From the NCBI RefSeq assembly GCF_009914755.1, contig NC_060930.1: a stretch of DNA of 64,000 nucleotides; one strand, given 5' to 3'. A program made the position numbers and the translations under genes. Under the pieces are notes generated by a model, which had not been told where the DNA came from, did not search any database, and saw only the letters and a list, made by a program, of their open reading frames with translations. Origin of the DNA: the human T2T-CHM13v2.0 reference genome, Homo sapiens. Shown here piece after piece: positions 45,372 through 59,544 of this stretch (position 1 is its first letter; every line of letters starts with the position of its first letter).

Positions 45372-45552
45372 GCAGTGTTTCTCATGATCCTGCTGTATTA
45401 GAACAACCTTAGATATTTCTTGAAAATTGAGCTCTGTTCTGTTGCAGACATTCTCATTAAGAATCTCAAGGGTGGGAGCAGGGACTGGAAATGTGAATTC
45501 TAAACAAGTTTCTCAGGTGTGTGTCCTAAGCACCCTCAAGCTTGAGATACTA
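45372..45552. mobile_element. MER5-like hAT-Charlie MITE
   Basis: TIR-like ends cagtgtttctca ... ttgagatacta, about 180 bp. Confidence 0.65.
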
Positions 45553-45667
45553 GGAGAGATAAACAGCAGAGCAAATGTGCTCAGAGTGTTTTTTGTTTAA
45601 AATCTTGCTCCTTCACATTGTCTTTTTATTATGCTTTTATGTGATGTGTCTTTTATTCATAAAACAC

Positions 45668-45794
45668 TTTTTATTTTATTATTATTTTTTAATACAGAGT
45701 GTCACCATGTTGCCCAGGCTGGTATCTGGCTCCTGAGCTCAAGCTCAGCCTCCCAAGGTGCTAGAATTATAGGCGTGAGCCACCGTGCCCAGCC
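45668..45794 (-). mobile_element. FLAM/Alu left-arm fragment
   Basis: caccatgttgcccaggctgg...gtgagccaccgtgcccagcc. Confidence 0.85.
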
Positions 45795-45896
45795 ACAATC
45801 TATTTTTGATGATAACAAGGAGTCCAGTTGTGTAATGTTCTTAGTCTGGTATCAAATTTGAAGACATGACTTGTAAACATTTGGCTACTCGACCCA

Positions 45897-45932
45897 CACT
45901 GCCATCTAGTGAAATTTGTGTAAATTACAGCC
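45897..45932 (-). promoter_or_regulatory. Putative CTCF site with an upstream-motif-like element
   Basis: The minus strand reads gcTGTAATTTA-cacaa-ATTTCACTAGATGGCAGTG. Confidence 0.55.
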
Positions 45933-46831
45933 AGCTGTAGCACAAGTACTTTAGCGTTGGGGAGTTTAGGGCTAGGCAATTCATGTATGATGCAAATGAA
46001 TACACTTTCTGAATAGATGTCCTTTCACAGTGATTAGTCTCACTGTCAGGGGACCACGGCTATTACATTACAACGTTGCTTTGTAAGTATTTAGAATTTA
46101 TTTGTTGGCTTTTTTCCCCCTTACATATTTTGTATCTGTCTGTTTGTCCATCCTAGTGGAGTTAGTTATAATTTGTTCAGAACATTATGAATAAGAACCC
46201 TAAGTACTTTCTAAAAATTTTACCTTTAATAAGTATGAGTTTTCATTGAAGTCAAAGACATTTTGTGAATAATTCTTTAAATACTTTTTGTTAATTTAAA
46301 GGGAAAAAAGGAAAAAAAACCCTCATATTAGGACATTTTTGAGAGAATACATACTAGATTTTAAAAAAATTGAAGCATATGAATTAATATTAGCATTTAC
46401 ATATTGTATAAGAAACATATACGTTTTAATAAAATTTACTATACTCTTACAATATTAGTATCAATCTGAAAATCTTCTAATATATGTTAGTAGTAAGTTG
46501 AATAAGATATTGAAATATTACAGATCCATAAGCTTAATATTATCTTGTGGTTCATGAGTAAAAACAATTATAGTTATTATTTAAGCTTTGTGAAAATATT
46601 CATGTGTATGGTTACATAGTCATATTTACGTATACATAATTATCTTATTACTGTCAAAGTATATGTAATGAAATCACAAATGTACTTCATTACTCTTACA
46701 TAATTGCAGGTTCAGATATATAGTAACAAAAGTATTTAAGTTTTATAGATAATAAAGTATAATACAATCTTTTTCATAAGACATTTAGACCTAATAGAGA
46801 TTGCTTTAATGATAGCTTATATTAAGATCTT

Positions 46832-47118
46832 CAGGTGTGGTGGCTCAAACCTGTAGTCCCAAAACTTTGGGAGGCCGAGGCCAGGGGATCACTTGAGCCA
46901 AGACCAGCCTGGGAAAAATAGTGAAACCTCATCTCTACAAAAGATACAGAAATTAGCCGGGTGTGGTGGTGCATGCCTTTAGTTCCAGCTACTAAGGAGG
47001 CTGAGGTGGGAGGATCGCTTGAGCCTGGGAGGCCAAGGTTGCAGGGAGTGGTGATGGTACCATTGCACTCCATTCAACCTTGGGCGACAGAATGAGACTT
47101 TGTCTCAGAAAAAAAAAA
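46832..47118 (+). mobile_element. AluJ
   Basis: Two-arm Alu with an A tail. Confidence 0.9.
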
Positions 47119-47368
47119 TCTGGCTGTGATTAGGTTAACATCAAAAAAGTTCTGGACAAGAAAAAAGGGGTAAAGAGTCTTAACAGGGGTAATGGGATGA
47201 ATGGTTCTCACTTCTTTATTTCCTTAAAATAGCTGAAATCCCAGGAATTGTATTGTTTTTTCTGATTTTAAAAGGATCACACACTGATGACTTTGTTTTG
47301 CTCCCTAGGTTTCCTGACACCTTGAAGATCACTTGGCACATTGTATGTGCTAAATAAATATTAGCTGA

Positions 47369-47480
47369 TGAACCCGGGAGGCGGAGGTTGCAGTGAGCTG
47401 AGATCGCGCCACTGCACTCCAGCCAGGGCGACAGAGTGAGACTCCATCTCAAAAATAAATAAATAAATAAATGGATAAAT
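47369..47480 (+). mobile_element. 5'-truncated young Alu (right-arm 3' part) inserted in an L2 tail
   Basis: CpG-retaining tgaacccgggaggcggagg...; (AAAT)n tail; TSD-like aaatatt(t)agctga. Confidence 0.85.
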
Positions 47481-47893
47481 AGTAAAAATATTTAGCTGAA
47501 TGCATAAACGAATCATAAATGTTCAATATAGAGTGACTCCCTACTTTAATACTGTAGAGATAATCACTGTTAACAATTTGCTGTATATTTCTCTAAATTT
47601 TTAAATGCATACGTTAACCTGTATATTATCTTAGAAAAAAAGACTACATTCTATATACTTTTGCAACATTGTCTTTCGCTTAGCAATATCTATGCCAGTA
47701 GTAATATCTATATTTACCTCACTTATTGGACATATAGTATTTAATTATATGAAGATGAATAAGTCATCACATATCTAGTCAGCCTTCCTCTGGGATATTT
47801 GGTTTACTTCTGGTGTTTTTTATCTCCAAATATAAGCTATGGTGTAACAAACATCTGAGTAAATGTATTTCCATGTACAAAAATCTGTGTGTA

Positions 47894-48349
47894 CAGTTGA
47901 CCCTTGAACAATGTGGGAGTTAGGAATGCTGATCATCGTCCCCAACCCCGGGTCCCTATGCAGTAGAAAATTCATGTATACCTTTTGACTTCCCAAAAAC
48001 TTAACTAATGGCCTACTGTTGACTGGAAGCTTTGCTGATAACAGAAACTGTCATTAACACATATTTTGCATGTTGTAGGTATCATCTACTGTACTCTCAC
48101 AATAAACTAGTGAAAAGAAAATATTAAGAAAATCATAGAGATGAGAAAATATGTTTACTATTCATTAAGTGGAAGTGGATCAGCATAAAGGTCTTCATCC
48201 TTATTTTCTTCATGTTGAGTAGGCTGAGGAGGAAGAGAAGGAGGAGAAAGAACTGTTGGTCTTGCTGTCTTGTGGTGGCAGAGGTAGAAGAAAATTCCAG
48301 TATAGGTTGACTTGTGCAGTTCAAACCTGAGTTGTTCAAGGGTCAACCG
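47894..48349. mobile_element. Tigger2a-like DNA transposon
   Basis: TIRs cagttgacccttgaacaa ... ttgttcaagggtcaaccg, with TA on the left flank. Confidence 0.9.
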
Positions 48350-49179
48350 TGTATATGTGTGTTTGTGTGTGTGTGTGTGTATAGATATATGAATATATAT
48401 GCTATTGTTCAACTAGAGGACATATTCATGAAAGTGGAATTGCTGAGTCAAAGGGAATGTCCATTAAAATTGCTAAATATTGCTAAACTTCCCTCCGAAA
48501 GTATGTTAACAGTACAGGAATCCCTTTCCTCCAACACTTTTGTCAAAAGCAAATATAAATTTATCTTAATTGACATAGAAATGAATGGAATGATTATGAT
48601 TATGATTATGATGAATGACATTTCTAATCTGAATATTCTGTGTTAAGAAAAAAATATCTGATGAGAAGGTGCTTAGCCTACTTTATAGGGATTTATGAAA
48701 ATAATTTTTCCATGGTGGACTAGCTTTTAAATTTATACTGTGATTAAAGTTCCTTATTATCAAAGTTTTTGGTTGTTCAAGTTTAAACTAATGTAAGTTT
48801 GAAAACTCCAAATTATAAAATAATTTGTGGGGCTCACGTTGTTTCAAAGATTACAGTAATTTATTTTGCACATCACTTTTGAAAACCTAAACCTCTCAGT
48901 ATAAACATAATAACTTTGTAAATAATGTTTAGTTGATCCTTAAGTAGACTATGTAATTTCATGGAGAAAAGTTTTGCATTTTATGAAAATAGAGTAATCA
49001 TTAAGTAGAAAGGCATCAGTCTCACTTTGCAACCTTATTAAATATCAGTTACGACAGGAACACTTATACTTATTTCTGCTGCTAATTTTTCTAAACATTG
49101 GACAAATATATTAAATTGTAAGAAAAAAGGACAGATAAAGTAAGACTTTTTTGGTGTGCTTATTTTCTTGGCCTTGCAG

Positions 49180-49638
49180 TTTGGTGAGAAGGCGACTGGA
49201 ATATTTGCATGTTGTATTGCATAATGAGACCAACACAAAATGATTGCAGCTCATGTAAAAGACAGGGTGGCATGTTTTCAGTTTTAATGGGGACACTCAG
49301 AAAAGTTCCAATTCTTCCTGACATTTCTTATAGCCAAATAAACGTGGTCTAGGTTGGAGTGTCTATTATGAAAATAAGAGGAGAGCAAGTCAATTATATT
49401 TCAATGACTGAATAGCCAGGGGTCCTCATTAAAATGATCAGAAAGATTGCAGTGTTGCTCTCCTCTGTGTAGCCACTGATTAAGTTGTATAAGAATGACA
49501 TGGCCTTTTGGGGAGCAAGCCAGAGGATGTCTTAGTATCTGGAGCCAGAAATTGTTGACCCTTTTGAGAGAGAAATGTGTGCTACCTTAAAACAGAAAAA
49601 TATTTTTTCTCTTATTGGATGATGAACTTTGGAATTAG
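49180..49638 (+). pseudogene. Candidate decayed exon (phase 2-1, needs a frameshift)
   Basis: ttattttcttggccttgcAG acceptor and AG|GTATAT donor. Frames LVRRRLEYLHVVLHNETNTK*...KTGWHVFSFNGDTQK and ...LEPEIVDPFEREMCATLKQKNIFSLIG**TLEL. Confidence 0.4.
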
Positions 49639-50051
49639 GTATATGAAATTAGTTACGGCTATTGTATAGAAGCTTTAATTTGTGCTATGCTGTAAGAAAA
49701 ATGCCCTTGAATAAGATAATGATGAAGATACATCTCTTTACATTTATCTCAGTCAGTTAGATCTATTTCACTAGAGTAACGTCTACAATGCAAGTGAATG
49801 AGTGTGTTTAAGAAATAGTTTACAAATTCACTACTATTCTTTTCCTTTTAAAATTTCTACTTATCTGTTTGTGTGTATGTGTGTTGGGGGAGGAGATAAA
49901 AGTCTTCTGAGGAAAATTATCATTGTTCTTCCTTTTGGACTCACATGCAAAGAGACAATACAGTTTAATATTGTTTTATATAGCAATACAGCTTAAGAAG
50001 ATCAAACCCATTGCTTAAGAGAACAGCTTGACTTTCATATTTTTTTAACAG

Positions 50052-50165
50052 GTGAAAATAAAAGCGCCAGATTCTGCAAGGTCTCTGTAGTCAAGATTCC
50101 TATGCAACCAAACTCCTCAGTAGGCATCTCGTACATGTTAAGATCGGAAGGCCCGAGAGCCTTCA
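50052..50165 (+). pseudogene. Best-preserved exon candidate (phase 1-1, 114 bp, fully open)
   Basis: tttttttaacAG acceptor and CA|GTAAGT donor. Frame (G)ENKSARFCKVSVVKIPMQPNSSVGISYMLRSEGPRAF. It has 4 CpGs and higher GC than its flanks. Confidence 0.6.
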
Positions 50166-51896
50166 GTAAGTGGAACTTTTAATACTATATATATATATTT
50201 TTTAATGAGAAAAGGCTTACAAAATTTACAACTAGGCTCAAGCTCATTTTATAAAGCAACTGAGTTTTTAGTTTTCTCATAGCAATGAAATGAACTATGA
50301 TTTTGTTTTCTGACATTGTCTATCTTTTTTCAACCCATCAGTTGTATAAATTGTATTTTAATTGATTACCTATGATTTGCCTAACATTTTAAGAGGAAGA
50401 TGTCAACATTATAACCATAAACAGCACTAAGACCAAAATATATCAACCTCAGTTGATGTGTTTCAAATAAGTAAAACAAAATTCCATTTAATAGTCACAT
50501 TAGTTAAAATAATTATTCCAAGATTTCTTTTTGTGCATGTGGTTATACAAACTCTTCTTTTCTCTCTTTCTTTTTTCTAGCTTGACTCTTTAACCCAGTA
50601 AAAATACTAAAACCCATTTATTAATCTAGTTGTGGAACAAAAAGGAGAACTGTAGCCAAATTTTATTCTCAATCAGGCTTCATAACATCATTTATAATTA
50701 AAATTACCTAATATAAATGTTCTATATTTAATATTATGTTATGAATATCATCATTCCTTATGATGGAGTTGGGGTGGGCAGTTACACATTTCAAGTGATT
50801 TAAATGTTTTTAGATTGATTTTCCTGATACTAGTCAATGAAAGTGCAAGTCAGGAATCTTTAATGTTGTAGTGTTATAATTTCACCTTTACTAAATAACC
50901 ACACTGCAGAGTTGACTGCACTATCAAGCAGGTTTCAAAATAACAGTTTGAGAAAAACAGGGTTATCATGATGCCTTTTTTTTTTCCCCCGGTGGCTATT
51001 CTGACATGCAATTCACTGTGAAAGAAAGAATATAATGGGTTGCCGCCTGGATTAAAGGAACCCAATTATGTGCCTCTCAAATACACCACAGAGTTTAGCA
51101 GTGCCCAGATTTTATAATAGTATCATTCTGCCCTGTAGTTTTCATCTAATTTATGAAAAATAAATTAGATGAAAATTTGCAAAATGTGTATCCTTTCTGT
51201 ATTCAAAGGGAATAAAATGTCTATATAAAGCATTAAAGTAGGTTTTCATTTTTATATCTACGTTAAACAGGATCTCGCATGGTATGCAACATCATGTGAG
51301 TAAAGGTAAGAGACATGATTTAGTGTTAGACCAGTGCCAGTGTTCACTAGGAAATGTGAGAACTGCCTGGAGAACATATGGGAGAGAGAGATTAGGGAAG
51401 TATGTAGCTCCATCACAAAACAACAGCATTTCAGGGGGATAAAATAATACGATGCAGTAACTGTGAATGCATGCATGTTTAGACATTGTAAATATTGTTA
51501 TGTTGCATTGGTGATGGTTTGTAATCATTGCTGTCTTGTTTACTGCTCCTTTGAGTCATTTTTCCCTTTCAAGCCTACTGTTAGGGATTCTAGTACTCAA
51601 AAGTGTGCTGTGGACATCAAAAGGTTGAGAGGCATTGCTCCATGCTATAATTCATTTTCAAGAATAAAAACCAGTTTGAGGGAGAAGGGTTCTTTCATAA
51701 TGATATAATCAAATAAGTTTTGGAAACAAATAAGTTAAATAGATTTCTGAATTGTGGGATTTCTTAAAGTTTTAAATTTTCTAATGAGCATTTTTATTCT
51801 GGGTAAGACATTTAGATTTTCTGAAACATATTTAGCCTTGGATTCCTTTTCTTTTTCTTTTTTCTTTTTTAAGGAACAAGTAGTTTTTGGTATGCA

Positions 51897-52700
<804 letters not shown>

Positions 52701-53776
52701 ATGTTTTGAATAGCCTGGTACTGAATACTGGCAGAGCCTAGAGATGGAATTTAATATACCAGAGCCACTGTACAATTTTAATTCTGAGATGAAGGAAGAC
52801 TATATTTACAAATAGACTGTATTTACAAATATACTTTGGACACATGTTTTTGACACTAAGTGTTAGACACTCATGGCATTTTCTACTCCTGATACTTTTG
52901 TAGGCTTTCTATATATGTGGTTGTTCACTTCTTTCTCAAATTTAAAAACACTTAAATTTTTTATTATTCTTAACGAATTATTCCAACATATACCAATAAG
53001 TTCAATTCCATGCTAAGAAATAAACTATGGATATGATTACTAAGTTGAATGAAAACTTACTTGTCTTTGATACAGTTTCTTGAGTTATATAGGTGTTGAA
53101 ATTGGAAAAAAGGAAGTACTATTCTAACTTAATCTAAAATTTTAATTATCTGTTTTTCCTTTTAATACCTTACTTGGCTTTTAAAGGTAGTATCATATTT
53201 CTCTCCAAATGTTAAAGATTTAAAATTTAGGGATAATTTACAACATATGAAATTATGTCCCAAATGTTCTCACTGGGAAACTAATTTATACCATAAAAAG
53301 GGGCCATAACTATCTCAAAACAACTCAATTCCAACAATGAGCGTTCCATCTTGGCTATCCTTAGAATAATTGGCCTTTTTGTTGATTTGACTAACTGACA
53401 ACTGAGCCACTAATAATTACCTATGGCATGCTTTACTTTTGATTTTATATTAGAACACTCTCCTAATGAATGAATGTATAGTACCTTTATACAATCGCAT
53501 TTGACTGTATTTGAATGCTTTGCTCTTCATCTAGATAATTCTCTATGGAAATATGTTCACACATCAATAACTACAGAGGAGACCTTTTAATTTAATTAAA
53601 AGAAAAGCAGCACATCCATGAGACCTCTTTATGGTTAAACAATTGTGACTTAAAATAGTATATTAATTTTATCAATTTACCGGGTTATCATTTTAACTTT
53701 ATGACAAGCCTTCAGGTTTACTTAGGGGACAGTCACAATCCATAATATTATACTCTTAATAACTTATGCTTTACAG

Positions 53777-53964
53777 TGTTCTCTAGTATACTGGGAATTC
53801 TAACCATTGGGAATCTTTTCTTCATTCGAGATAAGGCTTTTTTGTAGTAATGTTTTCTCAAAAATCATTAGATCCAAACTTAGCCTTGTGGTTGGTCTTA
53901 GCTCAATAGAAATGTCCTGCAAAGTAATCTATGGACATATAATATTGGCTAAATCAAAAACGAG
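53777..53964 (+). pseudogene. Candidate decayed exon (188 bp)
   Basis: tatgctttacAG acceptor and a consensus GAG|GTAAGT donor. The frame is ambiguous. Confidence 0.45.
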
Positions 53965-54184
53965 GTAAGTTGATTTGAAGAAAAGAAGAAAATATTGGGC
54001 TATTACTATTTGTACTGATTTTATTTTATTGTTTTATTTCACCAAATATTATTGTATTTGGGTATTTAATAGCACCTTAATGTTAGTTTGTCACAAGTGA
54101 TTTTTGTGTTAAGTATGCAATGTTTAAGAAAGGTTGATAACTGGAAAGATATTTTAAATTTTGGTAAATGTATTTTTTAATCAG

Positions 54185-54292
54185 TTGAGATCTAGCTCCT
54201 GACAGACTAACAGTAATGGTAGATATAAGAAGGCAACGATTTTGCAGAAATTCAGATGTTGTAGAGTAGGCACGTAACAAAAGGTAGTATTT
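54185..54292 (+). pseudogene. Candidate decayed exon (108 bp)
   Basis: tattttttaatcAG acceptor and GTGAGT donor. All frames contain stops. Confidence 0.35.
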
Positions 54293-54793
54293 GTGAGTAA
54301 AAATCACAGAAGGTTCTATATAAATGTCCACCACAATTGTTTTGCCTAGTCTTCCCTCATGAGAGGTCATTTAAAAATTTATTTATCAATCATAATGAAG
54401 TGTATACTATTGTTAAGTTTTAAGGTTGTTGAACAGATACTAAATGGTCATGTTTTTTAAAGTTATTATTTGCTAAGAGTATGCACACATTTACAGATTT
54501 GTTACAAACGTGATTATATCTATATCTGTATATGTATGTGTAGTAATGTGAGCTTAATATTTTTAGTATGTTATTAGCCTGTGCCTTATGACAACAAGTT
54601 TTAAATGTTTATCGTATCATCTTACTACAAAGTTGTCTTTGAAGATGTGTATAACTAGAAAAATTACGGCATTCTTTATACTTATCAAATTTTAGAACTT
54701 TAGAACATACAACAATGTTCTCTACATGTATTTTATTGTATTTTATGGTTCATAGGCTCTTGGGGTTGGAAAGAAATTTCCAGTCACCTAATC

Positions 54794-55003
54794 CAGTGGT
54801 TCTCAATTAGGAGTGATTTCCTTCCTCTGGGGGGACATTTGATAATGTCCAGAGACATTTTTGATTGTCGCATCTGAGGGCGTACTACAGGCATTGCGTA
54901 GGTAGAGGTCAAGGATGCTGAGAAATAACCTAAAATCTACAGGATAATTCTCATAGCAATTATCCAGCCCAAAATGTCAACTGTGGTGAGATTGAAAAAC
55001 TCA
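54794..55003. mobile_element. MER20 DNA transposon
   Basis: cagtggttctcaa...ggggacatttgataatgtccagagacatttttgattgtc...atccagcccaaaatgtcaa...ttgaaaaactc. Confidence 0.9.
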
Positions 55004-55149
55004 GACCTAGACTAGCTACCTATCTCTTAAGTAGCTCATCTTTATTATAAAAAAAACTCCAGTATTTAGAAAATCACTATGTCACAGTTATACTAAATAC
55101 TAGTGGATGTTTATCTGCTTCTTTTCTTAATATTATATATACATATATA

Positions 55150-55570
55150 TATGAAAGTGCAAAAATTGTACCATGCATTTGTTTGAGATGGAAAGCAATA
55201 AAATGTCCAAGAAAATGATTCTGGATGAATATTGCTTTTCAAGGTAATCACATTAGAGGAATAAAAACCTATTCTAATTATGCAACTATCTCAAAACATT
55301 TCTTCACGTGTCTTTAAACAATTATATAAAGAACACAAAATTGATGAAATAAGTTTCAATAGAAAAATTGGCAATGATTCAATAACTTGTTTAATCAAAT
55401 TTGGTTGTCAAAAATGCATGGCTTTCTCTAACTCAAATCCTCTTTCAAAAGACTGAGATTTGCCATTATCAAGGAAGAAAAAGTATTCCAAATTATTGTT
55501 CCAAAATATTTTCTGCAATTGCAAATCGTTGTAACCAATGTAGCATCTTCAGATAATTCTGTGTAATGCT
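55150..55570. mobile_element. MARNA-like mariner remnant
   Basis: ttttcaaggtaatcacattagaggaataaaaacctattctaattatgc...ctcaaaacattt resembles MARNA. Confidence 0.55.
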
Positions 55571-57829
55571 AACAAAATTTGGATTGTGTAGGTTCCCAAT
55601 ATGGCTTTTAAAAATCTAATTTAATTTTGTACTTTTCATTTGTCCAAATATTCTTTATATAAATACATAAGGCTATTTGTATTTATGTTCATATCCTGTT
55701 ATATACAAACAAATTTAGTGTTGTTTCATACCTGAAATTTAAAAGTTTTTTTAAAAAAATTACAAATTGTTTGTGAACTCAATATTTATGATCTTTGAAA
55801 AAAATGTAATTGTAATGATCTCAAATATTTCATAATTGATGACGGAATTTTTTTCATGGTCATAATCTTAGTTTTGAGCTATGTTCTAGTCCTTATATAA
55901 TATACAAACAAATATACACAGAAAAAAGAATTTCTTATAGGATACTTGAGAAATAGAGATAAAAATAACAGATGTTAATTTTTAAATTAATTTGATTTAT
56001 GTCCTTGTGCTTATTGGCAACTTGAACAATATGTTTCTTAAATCTAAAATTGTTTTAAAACTATATTATTTACTAAAATAATCAGATTATGATTGCATAT
56101 ACCGGTGTTCAAATATCCAAGAAATAAATACATCTGAGTCTTCTGTCTTATAAACCAAGATATAAATTCTTGAGTTGGAGATGAGTATTAGGAGCATGCC
56201 AATTGTTACACAGTGATCATTGAATTTGGTATCTGAATGTGAATACATTTTTTACTTTTTATTAGTATGTTCTGGCCTTGAATAACAGCTTGTGAGTTTT
56301 TTGCTGACTTTCTAGAGGAAAAAATTCTGTTATAGTGTTAATAGGAAATTGAATAATTTAAAAATAACATAAGATCAGTATCTGAATATACTGTATGCAT
56401 GCACGTGTTAAATCTAAATGTGAATGTTATCATCTTATCATAGTCTTCTTGGTTTTACATCTAAAATTCAAAAAATAGTAAAATGATTTTAAGCTCCATT
56501 AGTGTATGGTAATTTATATCTAGGATTATCTAACTATATAGGTTTTAGACTTTAGCACATCTATATATTAAGAATTCTTAACAGGGAAATAAGTATGAAA
56601 GAGACATGAAATGAATATACTTTTGTTTACATAAAATAAGCGCAATAAACTCTTCATGAAGTTTAAGTACAAATGCATATTTTTGTTTCTAATATTTGTT
56701 AACAGGGATATATATAGAAATTCTTGGTATTAAACTGTAGTATAGCAATTTGAAATAAAAATATGAGATATCACAACAAAAATTTTTATGAAAATTGTCT
56801 TTGAGATAAAGATACTAATGAATTGGTAATGTAAAATGAAACTATCTGTAAGTGTACAGAAAGTCAAACTAAGCAGTTTTTTGATATATTTTCTTAAAAT
56901 CTCAGGCAGTTTTAACCCTTCCATGGGAATATCGATATAAAAAATGGCAAATTAGAATGAATGTAGCAGTTTTGATTTTGGTGTGTGGAGTTGTTTTAGG
57001 AAAAAAATAGAAAGGTTGATGGAGAGAAAACTGACAAATTATTAAATAAAATGTTAAAATCTCCAGATTATTGTGAACATTCAAAGTCCAAGTGGAAACA
57101 GAATTAAATCTCTGGATGGTCAGTTAAATCATTGTCTTGTGGGCCAATAACATATGTGGGCTGAGTAGTTTTTTTTTTCCACTGGTTGTAGGTAAATAAG
57201 ATGAAAGGCAAAAATTGTACCATAATTATTTTCAAGCAACTGAGATATTTGGAGTCAGAATCCAGAATGATCACATTTTTCACTTTACATCAACATGCTT
57301 TTCTTCTAGTATAGACACATATATTCTTTGAATGTCTACCATGACTTACTTTTATCGTGAAGCCTTGAATTTGGAAAATGAGAGACAATTGTGGAATTAT
57401 AGAAACATTAACATTATATGGACTATGCTAACAGTAATCAAGCAAAGCAACTTTGGAAATAACTATTAAAGTGGTATATCAGAAATTGACTTAAAATATT
57501 TGTAAGAAAACGTAATATATCCACTTCAGCTTTCTTGATTATGTTCCATTGGTGCACTAATGATCACTTTCCAAAAGCAGTAGAGGAGCCTTCACTTGCT
57601 CCTTTTGTGATAGCCGATCATTTATTTCATTCATCTGTAAATCTACTTACGTCAATATCTACAGGTCAGAAGTTGGCTCTCACAGTGTATTAATGTATAT
57701 TTGTATTTCTAACAACATCATTATATGTGATCATTGTGAAATAAGGAAATGTCATATTTATTCTCCAAATATGTACTATTAATATCAAGGGCTTACAAGA
57801 GACGACCATTTTGAGATTTATCCTCTTTC

Positions 57830-57835
<6 letters not shown>

Positions 57836-57867
<32 letters not shown>
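57836..57867. repeat. (AC)16 microsatellite
   Basis: Read directly from the sequence. Confidence 0.97.
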
Positions 57868-57869
<2 letters not shown>

Positions 57870-58860
57870 TAGAAAATTAAGGTCACTTTTGCATTTCCTA
57901 AAAATGAAATATCTAGATTTTCAAAACAACAAAAATCCAACTTTTTATATTTAAAACTACAGAAATCATAGGGCAATGTATTTTCAGAGTTTTAAAGAGC
58001 CTGATCCAGTCCCCTATCTGGTGTTTTATCCCCGCAACAACCCTACAAGTGAGAGGTTGTCTGGTCTTTGCTTGAACATTGCTCATGAAAAGGAATTCAC
58101 AAATTCCTAATTGCAGATCATTTCATTTTGGGGCACTTATTTATAAATTTTTTGGACTGAATCAAATATTATTGAAATATTAAGCATGCACTCTTAAGAC
58201 GTTAACATTTTTTAGGCAAAGGAAGTCCTGAGTGAGTGAATGTGATGTATTTTCACATATGAAAACACCAGGCAATCAGGGTACCAGTCATAATTTCCAT
58301 TTCCAGGAGGCCCATGAAGGATTTCTATCTAGTCTGAGTTATTTTTCTGAACAGAGTTGTAGAAATAGCATAACATTTTTGTGTACTTCATGCTTCTGCT
58401 CTTATTTGTGAGAGTTATCTGACAATTTAATAAAAATGTAAACATTAATTTATGGTGGATCACATTGTTGCCTTGTTTTCAATGATTTGTATCTTAAACA
58501 CAACATATGACACATTTGCTCACAATTTTAAACAAAATTCAAATTCCTTGCACATAGCTTGATAATTTATGTGAGCATTACACAAATTTTCACATTTATA
58601 CATTTTAATGTAAATGTAGAGAATTTTGAAATACTATCGTGAAACATTACTTTTTTTACCTTTATATCCTCACACCAAGAGATTATTTTATGCTAAATGT
58701 ATATCTACTCCCTTAATCAAAATTCATTTTCTATAGTAAAGGGAATTCAGAAATTTGATCCCTGTGTTATTAGATACATCGGAATACCTTGACATATAAT
58801 TTTATGGGCAAAACTGTATATACAAATCAAATAACATCTGTATGTTCTTTTTACTAGCAG

Positions 58861-59514
58861 CATTGATTACTGTGAAGAGAAGGAATACACACCTTGAGGA
58901 ATATTTGCATGCACTAATGCATCTTTATCTACACACTGGCTCTTGCACTGCTATACAGCTGCAACTGCGTTGTGGCATAACAAAGGTGTTCAATGTTGAA
59001 CATTTTGATTCATCTTTCTCCTTTTTTCCCCTTCACATTTGGTTGTATAAAGCCTTTTGTTTCATCGGTTGATCTAAACTTAACTTGTTACTTAGAGGAC
59101 AAGAAATTTGGCTCTTTATTGAAGAACATCTATATGTGGGTATTATTAGTTTCCCTTAGAAAAATTGATCTCTGTTGGGTTAATGTGTTTAGTATACTGT
59201 AGCATATGGTGGTATCAAAGCAAAACTAAAATTAAAATATCAATACAAAAAATGGTGCAAGAGGCACAGAGATAGATGGTTGTATTAAACTTGGGATTCA
59301 TTATCAAACTGCATCAAAGAATATGCGCATAGCAGTGTGATACCAGCATAGCAGTGTGATACCAGCATAGCACAGGGAAGGCAAACAGTAAAAATTTCAA
59401 ACCTCAGATTTTTTTCACCGGGTATATCTAGAAAACGGCAATGAATTTTCATGAATCTCTTCTATTTGTCATTTAAACAAGACAGTTCTTGTAATTCTTG
59501 CCATTCTATTTAAG
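58861..59514 (+). pseudogene. One or two candidate decayed exons (58861-~59135; 59203-59514)
   Basis: ttctttttacTAGCAG acceptor with 70 open codons (ORF 58842..59072) overlapping ORF 58993..59202. Then NGARGTEIDGCIKLGIHYQTASKNMRIAV*. Donor AAG|GTAAAG. Confidence 0.45.
59327..59372. repeat. Perfect 19-bp tandem duplication
   Basis: gcatagcagtgtgatacca x2 followed by gcatagca. Confidence 0.95.
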
Positions 59515-59544
59515 GTAAAGTAAGATTTAGAAAAGGATATAATA

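Noticed and set aside
50130-50175. MLRSEGPRAF resembling the SLC25/UCP 'EGPRAFYKG' motif
   Set aside because: The match is very short, lacks the FYKG continuation, and no other carrier signature appears in neighbouring segments.
53777-54370. Minus-strand coding exons (DISIELRPTT…; ORF 54083..54370)
   Set aside because: Splice signals are much better on the + strand, and open antisense frames often mirror coding frames. Not fully excluded.
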